Shown: piece after piece, positions 21,322 to 33,908 of the stretch
How positions within the stretch are numbered: the first letter of the stretch is position 1
Layout: the number at the start of each line of letters is the position of its first letter
Assembly: GCA_976226885.1 (NCBI GenBank)
Contig: OZ320314.1
Span: 49,228,001 to 49,292,000, forward strand
Length of the DNA: 64,000 nt
Source of the DNA: Iphione sp. A-MEVVRFRX5
Taxonomy: Eukaryota
Direction: 5' to 3'
Program-made: the position numbers and the translations under genes
Notes under the pieces: model-generated
The model's input: only the letters and a program-made list of their open reading frames with translations
The model's database searches: none
What the model was told of the DNA's origin: nothing

Positions 21322-24300
21322 TTAACACAAGTTCCACCGACAACCACCACACTAGTCTCATCAGCTTCATCAACCACCACCAAACACCACCACTTAAGAT
21401 CTCGAACACCACCGCCTGCCCACAACCTCCGCCAGCCTCAAGACACCTGCACCTTCTCTCTGATCATCCTTATATCCCTCACCGTTACCTACCTGTCAAC
21501 AAAATTAATAGACCTGCACTCCCACTCACCGAACCAACGGAGACCGAATAGAACGATACCGGTGGCGAGGACAAACTTTCCCACAGTCGAGAGGTACCTA
21601 CTTATACATAACTGCCTGTATGTAATCACGGGACTTTCAATCAATAGCTGGAGCTGGAGCAAAGTCAGCTGAACGGTGGTTTATCACTTTCGATCAGTAT
21701 CTATAGATACATAAGGCGTTATTGACCATTATCTATGTACACTGAGGGGCATTGCTAGTTGGAATGCGGATATTCAGTGGCAATTCTGGTCGATATAGTT
21801 ATGTATGAACATTACACACCTTCCTTTTTGGTATCAGTAGAAAAGTAGTAGATGAGGATCTATGGAAATGTAGAACATCTCTATAGATCTGTGGGACATT
21901 AGGGCAGTATCTATGAATTACCGGAACTTTTTCTGGTTTTCAAGATTACTTTGAAAATAGTTCAAAAATATGTCATTCAACGATTTTTTCTATCCGCTAG
22001 GGAGACACTGGTCAGCTTTAATACATCATAGTTTCGCGTTAATATGTTTAGTGTGCTAAACATCCAGCTGGCTACCCGCGCGGACTACTTTTCCAATTCT
22101 CTTCTCAAACTCACTTTCCTGACCAACGGCACTGACCTGTGCCATTTCCAGAGATTCTATTGCATTGTGTTGCAGCATATTCTTATTCATGCAGTTAATA
22201 ATTTGCTACCTTCATCATATTGCCACATACTGCCACTAATGATGGCTTGGGATGGTTAAAGTCGGTGGGTTTGCCAGAGGGACGGTCGATATGGGAGTAC
22301 TAGGCAGACCGTCTATACCACATATCATGGTTCTACACATATAACTGTTGTCCTATCCATCGCTCCATGATTCTTACAAATGTCATTTCCTTCACCTCAT
22401 GATTCCTATCAATCTTACTGTTCTCCTATCCATCAACCTGGAATCTATAACCTAATAACAACTTTCCTATCCATCCCTCCTCGATGTGATGCCTATCTAC
22501 TGCAACTCTCCTGTCTATCATTCCATAATACCACTAAATCACATCTATCTGTCTGTCTGTCTCTCTAAGTGGTATATATGCAAATACAAGTCGTGTATAC
22601 GTAGGTAAGCTTAACCGGTGTCTTTTTTTACACTGTAGCTGTTGGGAGAAGTGGAACTAGTGTATGTACAGGTATATGTAACTGGTGTGAGGAGATCAAT
22701 GTATACCAGTGATTTAGAGAGATAAAAATTACAGACGTTAAGTCTTTTAGTGAGACTTAACTAAGGATTGACAGAGTCATATATGGTACTGCCTGGACTT
22801 TGACGGGATGTCATATGGTCAGGATGAGGCGGGGCCATGCCACAGTTTGATGAACAGGCATGTTTCTTATGCCACATCATAATGATAGTAGGAACTAGAG
22901 AATGCTCAACCTAAAGATGACAGTTGGTCGTACAACTTTTCTGAAAACCTTATTTGTAGCACATCATAATGATGCTCGCAATGGATTATATAGCCTCCCA
23001 TCCATATTGGGATGGTTTGGGACGGGTATGGGATGACGGGCTTCTCCTGCAGGAAACGGGAGGTTTTTATTCTATTGGCTTTTCTCGTTCTTCAGAAGCT
23101 ACTTGAAGTTCGTTTATAAAAATATAACTTGCTTGTGTATACGTTTGTCTGTCTGTTTAGATGTTGCAAATACCACTGACCTGACATTTAAAAAATATAC
23201 AAAGGCCAGCTGATTAATGTGAAGTTTCCTAAATACAGCTTTTCACTTCATGCACACTGCAGCAGGAGTCAGACCGGTAAATCGTGGGAGTGATAGATGT
23301 CTCTATTTGATTTTGTTCAGGGAATCAATCACGTGATCTCCAGCCAAAGGAATAAACGTAGGTCAGGTCTGACAGCAGGCAAAGCCATATGGAAATTAGC
23401 TCTCATTCTAATAGTACCATTCGAAATGAAGATGTATATTTTATCAGTATGTAAGATGTGGTTTGCATCACGAATAGATAATTACATCCGGCTATGTTCA
23501 TAACTTATATCAACCTATCTAAGCTTTCTCTTGAGGATATTTTTTTATATTTTCCTTTGCCATATATATCATTTGGTGAATTAAACCAGTTCACGGAAGA
23601 CGTACTAGGTAATCGAAGAGGTCCACAATTTTTGAACGGGTTGGTTTCTAAAATTCCAACTTAAAGTAATAAATTGAAGTTATTAGTCTTTTCTCCAAAG
23701 AAATACCCGAAAGTTAGGAATAATGTCCGTAAGTAAGCATGTGGTATGATGCCAGACACTAAAGGTAATAAGATGATATAGACAGTTACACCTCGTGCTT
23801 TCAACTCCTTACTCTTCGAGTTCCCTCACAACTCCAACCAACGTTTGAAACTGCCCATGGTTTGAATAGCAAGGTTTTGACTGTAATTACATTGTGTAAT
23901 ATCATATTAAAGAACTATATTCTATCTACCCTGACGTCGCTCTTCAAATACCTAGTGAACATTTGAATTTGCAACATTGAATGAGGAAATTACAAGTTAA
24001 GATTGATTCATGTGTAGCAAGCCAGTATTGCATTTCCTCTTTACAGATAAGTGCCCTGCAGATCAGAGTGAAAAAATCAGGTTAAATACATACATACAGG
24101 TACCTCGTTTTGCTTTATATCTTGGCTGTTGTTTGCTGTCCTTCCGTGATGTTTCAGGTTTAGTTCATGCACACGGTCTTGATTTAAAACTCAACACTTG
24201 TTGAGTGCTATTACGATGTCCACTTAGCATGATTTGTGGGGGGAATAGAGTATTGTATCTCTTGGTATCAGCTAAAGAATGAATAGCAAACAGTCTGTGA

Positions 24301-24647
24301 CTCAGTGGAATGAGCTTGACTAGGCGCAGCTCACAGGTCTCACAGAATGATGTATTGAGGATCGCGAGTAGTGGGTTTCTGGCATTATAAATTGAGGAAA
24401 TAATGAATAGAGTGCTCTGTATGATTTATTTAAAGGGTCATGAATGGTGGCTCTCTACTATAGCCTTTAAAGAAATTTACCAATAATAATAATTAGTAAC
24501 TCCTTAAGGACCATGCAAAAAGAAGTGTTTTGAATTGTAAATTGTGCTTGAATAGATTGTTTCCTCTGCTACTCATTATTTTAAGAAAATCAGTATCATA
24601 TGATATGGAAAAAGAAAGCGTAGGAATATGAGCCTACTCACCTCTTG

Positions 24648-24661
24648 GTTGCCATGGCAAC
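24648..24661. promoter_or_regulatory. Perfect palindromic RFX X-box
   Basis: GTTGCCATGGCAAC matches the canonical RFX consensus. Function is untested. Confidence 0.5.
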
Positions 24662-25539
24662 AGGATAGGGATAGGCTAGGGACAGCAGTATCTTTATAGA
24701 AATTACACACAATTTTCATTATTTTATCAATTTAGTCATTATAACATGATAAATATTGGGTTTAGAGAAAAGCCCCATTTCCGAAAATGTAAAGGAAGTG
24801 ATTTGCAATCCATTGGTACCATATTTATTATGATATAATGAAAGCTATCACATTCCATGCGTCTGGGTTGTTACATATCCTTTGCCCAAAGTGAGCATTG
24901 ATCAGTAACATCATTGATGCAGCAATAGCAACTTTACAGAGATCACAACGGTGATTAAAATAGAACTTACTAAATAATTTTTCGTCAATACACATGGCAG
25001 TTCAACAGAATGATGTTTTCACATACCTTTTTGCTAGAAAGAATCATATAAGAAAAATGTATGGACTACACCGTATATGTACCTATTAGTTAGAATGACA
25101 TCATCTTTGTGCATATGCATTTTCCCAGGAATAATGATAAAACACTACATTGTGTAATCAATTCCACCAACAGTAAGATCAAAATAAAAACTTGAAAGAG
25201 ACTAAATTTGAGGAAATTATACATGAAATGCTTCAAGCTTAGGGCAACAATGAAATGAATCAGGTAATGGATCGCTTAGGATGATTAACTTTGGACCCGT
25301 CAATAATGGCTCCCTCAGTGTGGTTTATGAAGGGTATCTAACTTAAAGCACGTCTCTACATACACAGCCACACACACAGATACACACGAAAACAAGAGGG
25401 CCCTATAGAGCGCCAGCCACGCACGAGATTATGCATCTAACTTAAAACTTGGCTCCACACACAAACACAGAAAAGAAAGAAGAGGGCCCTGCCTTGACCA
25501 TCTGACTAGGGGGGGGGCGAGAGAGAGAGACAGAGAGAT

Positions 25540-25640
25540 CACAACAGGTAACAGACACCTCTACAGAAGGTTACAGAAGACACACAATGGGTAACAGACA
25601 TCTCTACATAGGGTTACAGTAGGCACACAACAGGTAACAG
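25540..25640. repeat. Tandem repeat, about 43 bp x 2.3
   Basis: CACAACAGGTAACAGACACCTCTACAG… units at 25540, 25583 and 25626. Confidence 0.75.
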
Positions 25641-26854
25641 CGCCGACACCCATGTAGGTGATGTGGATTCGATTCCCCCAAATTAGACATTGATTTGATC
25701 ACTACCACCCTTAATTGGCCAATTCACTCATCACCAATTCACCAATTCACTTCCATCAATGACCGTGCTGTTTGCCACACTAGCTCAAATAGGCTCAAAG
25801 AGAGTTAAAGTTGGAGGCCGTGCCCTAAAGGCGGAATAATGAATAGCGCCCCCAAATATAGCAAATATTGAGTACATAATATAAAGTATACATGTATATA
25901 TTGGTTTACCAGTTCCCTTTGTAACTTCTGCACGTATTAATCGTAAAAACCTCTGTCATATAAATAGACAGTATTGATAAAAATATAATATCAAATCAGT
26001 TTGATTTATAGAGAAAAAGATATGTCCTATTACTCATCAGTTGTAAGTCAACATGTCCTGGTTCATGCTGGTCCTATATACATTTACTTTTTGCCTTGAA
26101 TATATATATATTATATATATCCGAGTCGTATTGTTTACACAGAAAAGAATCATAACTGCGCCCTTTACTAGAGACATATTATGCCAAGATTTCCCATCTT
26201 TAAGCGACAAGATAGGGCCAGGCCAGTCAGATATTGAGCCGGATAACAATGTTAGGCATTTCAAAAAAAGTCGTATTTCTCCATCCATTCTTACCAGGGT
26301 ACACATGTCGAGGTAGTCGCCATGCTCCCAGCCTGCTGAGAGGGGACTCTACCAACCAGCAGTCGAGTTATTGCCAGTGTTAGAACAGAGACAGGGTATA
26401 CAGACTAAACGATCACGTGCTCACAACATTGAACGATACCACACCACCGTCCTTGAAGCCATGTTTTATGATAATAAAAACGCCCAATATTGGATGCTTT
26501 TTTTTATTTCTTTGCTTTCAGCAGAATGATATAGTTTAGGGGTATACGCGTTATGAATGAATTCTTTAGTCTCCACACCTCTGCAGCATGTATATGTATA
26601 GTTATACAGTACTGAGTGTGTCTGGATCAGTAGGAACTGTAATCTGCCTTTGTACAAAACATACGTATAACAATTATTTGATAGATCTCCCAAGAAGATC
26701 TGTACATGTTAGAGAGGGAAACGAATATTGAGAGGTTAAGGCAGACAGAGTTTTATTCCGGAGATTTGTAATTATTTACAAACTCCCCTTGTTAGAGAAT
26801 ATGAGGAAAGGGTCTAAGGTGTATAGGCTCTTTAATATAAGGTTCAGAGGATTA

Positions 26855-27178
26855 GGAGGAATTTTGACAGAGCGAGTTTTCCGGTAACCTGACCGACCCT
26901 ATATTATAGCCAATTGTGACTTTTTATTTTTTTTTTCGTTTTTGAATATCTTTAGAATGAGTAACGATAGAGACATGTTTTATACATCAAATTACTCCTT
27001 AGGTTACTAGCTCTCATGTGTTATAAGTTTTATTAAAATCTAAGTAGTAATAAAAGTGATATAACCATACACATTTCGTCCTGACAGCCTGAATTAAAAA
27101 AAAGAAAAATAAAAAAATAGCACCTACCGACGGACCCTGTCGGCTTGTTACTGGAAACAGAACTCTTTTTATTAGGCC
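26855..27178. mobile_element. Family 1 Harbinger-like MITE, copy C
   Basis: Right TIR GTTACTGGAAACAG…TTAGGCC|TAA. The interior (CCGGTAAC…AGCCAATTGTGACTTT…GTTACTAGC) is homologous to copy A in the opposite orientation. The left TIR is decayed. Confidence 0.7.
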
Positions 27179-30100
27179 TAATGAGAGGAGTGCTAGGAAA
27201 GATGACTGATGTATGCAGCATATGAAACATGGAAACACTAAATGCACGATAGCATATAGAATGACAGAAATGACAGGGCGACCCAAGCAAAGAATAATTC
27301 CGCAGGTACTGTTATTGATCGAACTATTACATTATTGTTTTTTAAAGTATCACGTTAAACAAGGTACGTTTTAAGGGGAGGCACATTTCACAGAAATAAG
27401 CTACTTGAACTGATTTTGATCCCTAACGATAAATCTTCTTCGCAGAAAAACTGTGACAGGAATCTACGTCCTGTTGTGTCTGAGGCGGCCGAACCACTCG
27501 GTAGAAAGCGTTTTTGTCTTGTGTACGTGCATCACACCACTTTGTTCCCTAATGTCGCTGTACTCCCAGACTCTGCTCGTATTACTCTGACCTTTGCTCG
27601 TCTATAATTAAAAGGGCCGTCGATTTCGAGGTTAGGGCGGACTGAAGGAAAGCAGGTCGAACAAGTTAACCATGTATACATATCGCTTGCTTAACGTAAG
27701 CTAAGTCAAATGGACTGATCCTGCTATACTCTGATTGCAGGGCTTTCGCTTCACCCTTATACACCAAAGGGATGGCCAATGACCCTATTGTTCTAACATT
27801 ACAGTCCATCTTTCCCGGAATGGAACTCGTATTTTTACTCATGTCCACGTTCTTCACACACCTTTCTCTCTGGGATGACCCAGACAGTGGATATTTGCTC
27901 TCTCTGGATGAATAAGATAGAAACAGTCTTTATTTCGGGTAGCAACCTCCAGCTCAAACACAGTGCTAGCAATATGCTAAACGGTTGATAAACCTCTGAG
28001 AAACCTGCTATATATTCATATGTGTTCATTCTCTATCTGAAGAGACCAGACTGTACCCGCTTCATTGAAGGTCAGGATGGGGAGTGGGAGGATACAGTGC
28101 ACAGGGGTGATGGCTGTGGACTGATTGGTGACCTACTCCTATGTACACGGACATGAATGTAAGCCATCTGGTACCACAACCAACAAGCCCGCCATTCCAT
28201 CTCATGTGGTCTGCTAACGCAGAGCCTAGGGCCAAATGTACATGTGCATGAAATTCGTATATCGTAGGATGAATTCAAAATGAGAAAACTTGAGGACATA
28301 AAAACACATGTGATGATGACGAATGACAAATCAGATATTTAAAGTAGAAAGCCTCTAAACGGGACGCCTTTGGTTCTTTTTGAAGCAGTCCGTAATTCAG
28401 ACGTGTCCCTAATGCCGACATTCAATTTAGGAAAAGTAGTCTGTTGTCTCTAAAGGTGTCCCTATTATAGGAATGTCCTATTAGAGATTGTCCTTAAGCT
28501 GCCCGCCGTCTGCACCTTGTCCAACATGTGAACTTCATACACTGGAGTACCGGCAACCAACAGAAAAGTACTATTGGCTGCGTTGTGGCCAAGGACAAAA
28601 ACCTGCTCATGGCTGCTGCTCACTGGCCACATTTGTTGCCTAATACTGGTCCTATATTCAGCCACTGCCTACGCTTAAAGGGTGCTATGCCCCCCTCCTC
28701 TTCCTCTTGACCACAACGCCAAAATCCAACTCGTGATCACTGAAATTGACTACAAGCTCATATTAAAATGTACACATGTAATTTAGGAAAGTCCATTTGC
28801 TCCTGTAGCATTAACCAACAATTAAACTTTTACCTTCTGAGAATATCCCGTTCCCGAGAATATTTAACCGCCTATAACCCCATTATTATAACATTCTCTA
28901 TGCATACATGATGTGGTTATGAAAATGTGTTTCTGTACCCAAACAACGAATATTTTCAAATTCTGGGTAAATCAGAAACTAAGGCATGCTTCTACAGCCA
29001 TGATTCTACAGCCATGGCCGATATTTTCACTGTGGGAATTGCGAACTATGATTATGTACTAAACTGTTGCCATGCACACACGTGGCATGCTCCATGTAGC
29101 ATGTCCAGCTGTAGCACGGTTTTGGAATAGGAAACTTCCCAATATTCACAGCTTCACAGCATGATTCAATTGGAAGTATGGTCATCTACTTGATTGAGGC
29201 AAGGCTCCAAGTTTGTTCCCTTACTATTCGATCAAATTTTGAAGTGAACATGATGTAAGCCTTTCACAGTGATCCATGGTAGCCAAACACACTACGTGTG
29301 AACATGTGGGCATGGAAATGAATCCTTAATCTTCCAGTAACAAAGATCCTGCAAAGTAAGAGGAACTATTATACACTCTCTTATTTGTTTGATAAGAGTA
29401 TATCTTTTAAATGTTTGATAGTGATGTCTTGACTGTTAAATGGATATATCCACTCCAATTACAACGTATCGTACTTTAAATAGATGTGTTAAGGCTTAAA
29501 CAGTGTTCTTGTTACAATATCTGGCAATCGTAATGACGTGATTAACATGATAGGCTCCCAACACATTTTACCTCATTTAGTGGTATTTACAAGATGATTA
29601 AGGGTTTTGATGTCTACAAGTGTATGTTTGTGAAGATACTGCAATTACAACCAGCTGATTGAAAATGTCAGTAATGTAACATTTGTATTCGCTGCCAATA
29701 TATGAATGTATTCATACCAAAACTTGTTTACATTGGAGATCTATAGACAAATTTCCGGTGATTGCCTTCATCTTAGGACATGACTCCGTACCATGTATTG
29801 CAAGGTTCAAATCAATGTGTAGGTATATGCCTAGAGAAAGAGTGAGAGAGATAGATATTTGCACTACTTTCGTTATAGTGTTTCAAAGGATAAACGGGCT
29901 AAAATATGATTATGATAAAAATGTTGAATTCATTAGACTTTCTTTGTATGCACACGTAATTTAGCTTCAGGTCTTAATGTGCGAAAATGGAATTTTTTGT
30001 GACATTGTGAAGTTGTGTGGTGAATATATATTAATATCTAGAGTACATTGTATTATAAAAAAAATGAACAAGAATCAAAACACCAGTAGGAACCATTTCC

Positions 30101-30535
30101 TCAGTGAATGATATCGACCATGGTCCTGCCCAGAAAGTGTATTTGTAAAAGGAAAAGAAGGGCCATGTATCAAATAACATCATAACTCGCTCGATCCAAG
30201 ACCCTCTATTGCCCATTTCGAGGCGGACTGTCTTTTTTAATTAAGTTTTCAATCTTCTAAATAGTGTACCTTTCATGCGGTTCACATACCTGCTTTTGGT
30301 TGTAAACGGAGTCGAATTGGAGTCATGACACCAATATAGGCAATTCTACGCCTTATTTTCATGTCAACATCTTTTTATATGCCCTCTGTGGGATTGTCGG
30401 CGAGGTACAATCTTAGCAAGACAAGCCTGTGGTGAAAAAAGATCTATCTATAAGGCATCTCAAAGAGTAACATCTCAGCATGTCACATTCCCGCCATTCC
30501 CACCAGGAGTCGTATACGTGTTCTGCCCTTGGTCT

Positions 30536-30549
30536 GTGACCATGGCAAC
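30536..30549. promoter_or_regulatory. RFX X-box-like motif
   Basis: GTGACCATGGCAAC, a near-consensus X-box. Confidence 0.35.
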
Positions 30550-32559
30550 AGATAAGACAACTACAGTGTCTACACCCCCTCCTAACGCAGGGGGGAATGA
30601 CATATAGATGGGCGACAGGGGGTAAACTCTCCCACCAAAGACAGAAAGAAATATGGACTCCCACATGCTGTGGGCTTTTCAGAAGAATTACAAAATGGCT
30701 TTCATGGTTTAGAGAGAGACATGTCGGGCTTCCTGGAAGAATAGGTTAGTCTCGGAAACTTTGCTTTCATCAGCTGAGATCAACATTGGCCTATCCACAC
30801 GGTCAACTTTATCTCTTGACCTAATCTTATCCATCTGAATAAAAGGTTAATCCATGATGACATTGGAGGTTTTTTGGTGGTCGGCTTACTGACTCTGCAA
30901 GGATAACTGGATCGTCTTGAAATGAATTCTAAGTGGTTCCTAAGAAGACATCATGTAGGTCGTTACAGTCACGGGATATATTATCTTCCTCTTTTCAAGT
31001 ACATTTGCAGGGTTATGCAATAGCTTCATCTAGGATAGATGAATATTTCAGCTGGTCAGCATGAATATGCCAATGATGTACGCACTTAGGCGGGAACTTT
31101 ATATATATAGATATATATATACAATGTAGATATATATGCGAAGAGTACAACGTTTCATTAGTAAATAGAAGAATGTACATACACGTATCTATATGCACAG
31201 CATCTACTCTGACCGGAAATGACTAAATCAATTGGCATATCCTCCATTCCGGTGGCTTAATTCATTCGTGTATAGAACAGATGAAACGAGTGTCCTTAAG
31301 GCTGCGGTTCGTCTGCGTGCCTCACGGAGCTTGATTTCCCCATATCACCCGGATGTTACCATGGTACACAAACAGAAATGTAACTGTAGTAGCAGTAAAA
31401 GAATTCCGTCACCAAAACTACGATCAATGTCTGAGAGGTATGGCAAGGATCAGATGTTAAATATGACACTTTAGTGTAAATCCGTCCCTTATGTGTGAGA
31501 ACGTAGAATGTAAATGTAGAAAGGGTCATGTTATGGAAGGAGAATGTACAATTATCAGTCTGCAACTGCAGAGCGGGGCTGAAGGACACAGCAGAAGTGG
31601 CAGATGGTTTTGCATGTTAAAGTGCCTGGCTGATAGTAACCTTCCCCCGATTGACAGCTGTCAATCAAAGTTGCTTTCACTCAGAAACTTCCCACAACTT
31701 CAAAAGGCGTTTGTTTGCAATTGTGCTAGACGCACACCACGAAAGTGGTATCGATGGTGCAGAACTGACAACTTTCTACTGATCACAAGAAGCCTTCAGG
31801 TTTCATTTCGCTGAAATGTTTGTTTAGAGTCACGTGGAGAGGGCAGTGCAACAATAGTCCTGGGATGAAAGACTCGCATCTTAAAAGACAGTCGGATCCT
31901 TTTATCTGTTGTCATGAGGGCAAATTATTGAATCGTTATAGTTCATTCAATATTTCATACACCAGATCGTCCCGATGTCAACATTTTGTCGCTTAAAAGA
32001 AAGCAATGCAATGGCATTTGTGTCCTGTAAAAATACATGTTCTCTAGTGGATTTAGCTATTGCTACTTACTATGCAGTACATGACATATGGGATGATTTA
32101 CTGATGTTTTTATCCTTAGAGTGTTATGTTCCTTGGGTTAGGACATTTAAATTCCCCTATGCACCACGCACAGACATAGTGGTAAGTGGGATAAAAACTT
32201 TGTACCTGCTAGTATGCTGTGAATTATCATGGCTTCTGATAATTTTTATTTATTCACGTTTTTAATTGCATTATATAGTTATCACCCAGCGTGATCATAG
32301 TTCTGTCCCCGTGGTTTCAATCCAGAAAATGATGCATTGCAAGTAGCTGGTTTTTCAGTATACCTAACAGCTGAAGCTGAAAAAAACAGTTGTTTTTGAG
32401 CATTCTAGAAACCCATACTTGGTGATTATTTATCTAGCTGTCAGGGGCCTTCTGGATTCCTTATCGGCATGAAATCAGCATTATACGCCATCTGCTGGCG
32501 AGGATTCCCAATGATTTGCCCCCCTGACCGAGGTTATTCCCTCCCCCTTTTACCCTCGG

Positions 32560-32670
32560 TTTCTCTCGCTGGCGCCATGTCAACCATTCTAACCGTGCGA
32601 GGAATGCGCCTGCGCGGCCGGATGCAGAGGGAATGCTAGTTACGGGCATCCGTCATCGGCCGCCATTGTG
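32560..32670. promoter_or_regulatory. CpG-rich promoter-like island
   Basis: NRF1-like TGCGCCTGCGC (32605-32615) and YY1-like GCCGCCATT (32659-32667) in a local CpG peak. Confidence 0.3.
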
Positions 32671-33612
32671 TTAAGGGTCGTTCGGTTAGTACACACATCG
32701 AAAGCGACGACCAGAAATGAGTAGCCTATACACTCAAACACTCTTCTAGGCCCCTGAACCCGAACAGCCGGTGGGCACTATGTATGAAGCAATAGGCACA
32801 TCTTTAAGTCGAGGCGTTCTACACCAAGCCATAAATACGAATAAAATCAGCGGGGGATAACACGAGGATTATAAGGAGTATTTATTTGAAGGGAACTGGG
32901 CTGCTCAAATATTTATGCATATATATACATCACTACAAATTGATGGGCACCACCTCACCCTCCAGAAGGAGGTGGTTCATTGTAGACCCCCTGACGTCAC
33001 AGATGTTGGGCTTTTATATATGTTTTTTATTTACATTTATATGTACATGTATGTGTGTGCGAACGTGTAGCCCCTAGGTATAGGGATAGGTGCATTTTCA
33101 GGCTCAACCCAACCCACCAGCCGAAGAAGGGCACTGAGGTACATTGACGACCGGTACACTAGTGCTGGGTGATGCGTAGCTGATGGTTGGGGTGGTGACT
33201 CCCCTTTCGGTTGCTTTTGGCTCTCGTCCCACCTCACTTCACCATAGGGTCACCAGGTTAGACTTCACCAACCGTAAGATATACCCTCACCTTGTGCCAC
33301 CCACATTCTACCCGTATGCAATATACCAGCTCCTCCTAACAAGGTACACGGACGCTTGCTGTATCCTGGCTTTTGAGGAACCCTTCACCCATACCACGTC
33401 ATGATCTCTTTAAATACTATTTTGACTGGCTCGGGTATACCATCTTAAAGAAGTAGCACTCACACTTTTAATGTGGCCATCTTTTCCACTGCAGCTGCTG
33501 GGCTCGTAGTAAGTCAAAGCAACTGGTACTCATTAATAATGATTCCTACTTCAACAAACATTTTTATCCTCAGTGACAGAAAATCAACTCATCCTGCAAG
33601 CAATTCAGCTAA

Positions 33613-33908
33613 GGCGCCATTCGGATGTATCCATAGAAAAATTCTATCCGTGAATGTATATACCCCTTGAGATATCAATTAATCCCTCTGATATGTATGC
33701 CAGATGTATATTCAACATTGTTTCCTATTGAAAACAGATCCGTATCCGTAGAACATCCATCGCCAACAGATCCTGAGTATGGATACATGTCCATATCCAT
33801 TTTGAAATGGATATATGTGAACGATTAGTATGACCGCTATGGTTAGATTAAAAATGTCTCCTGGGCTGCCTCTGTTTTCAGAAAATATGGATGCATCTGA
33901 ATACGGCC
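33613..33908. mobile_element. PIF/Harbinger (Tourist-like) MITE, family 2, copy A
   Basis: TIR GGCGCCATTCGGATGTATCCAT / ATGGATGCATCTGAATACGGCC with a TAA TSD on both sides. Homologous to 49301-49612. Confidence 0.8.
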
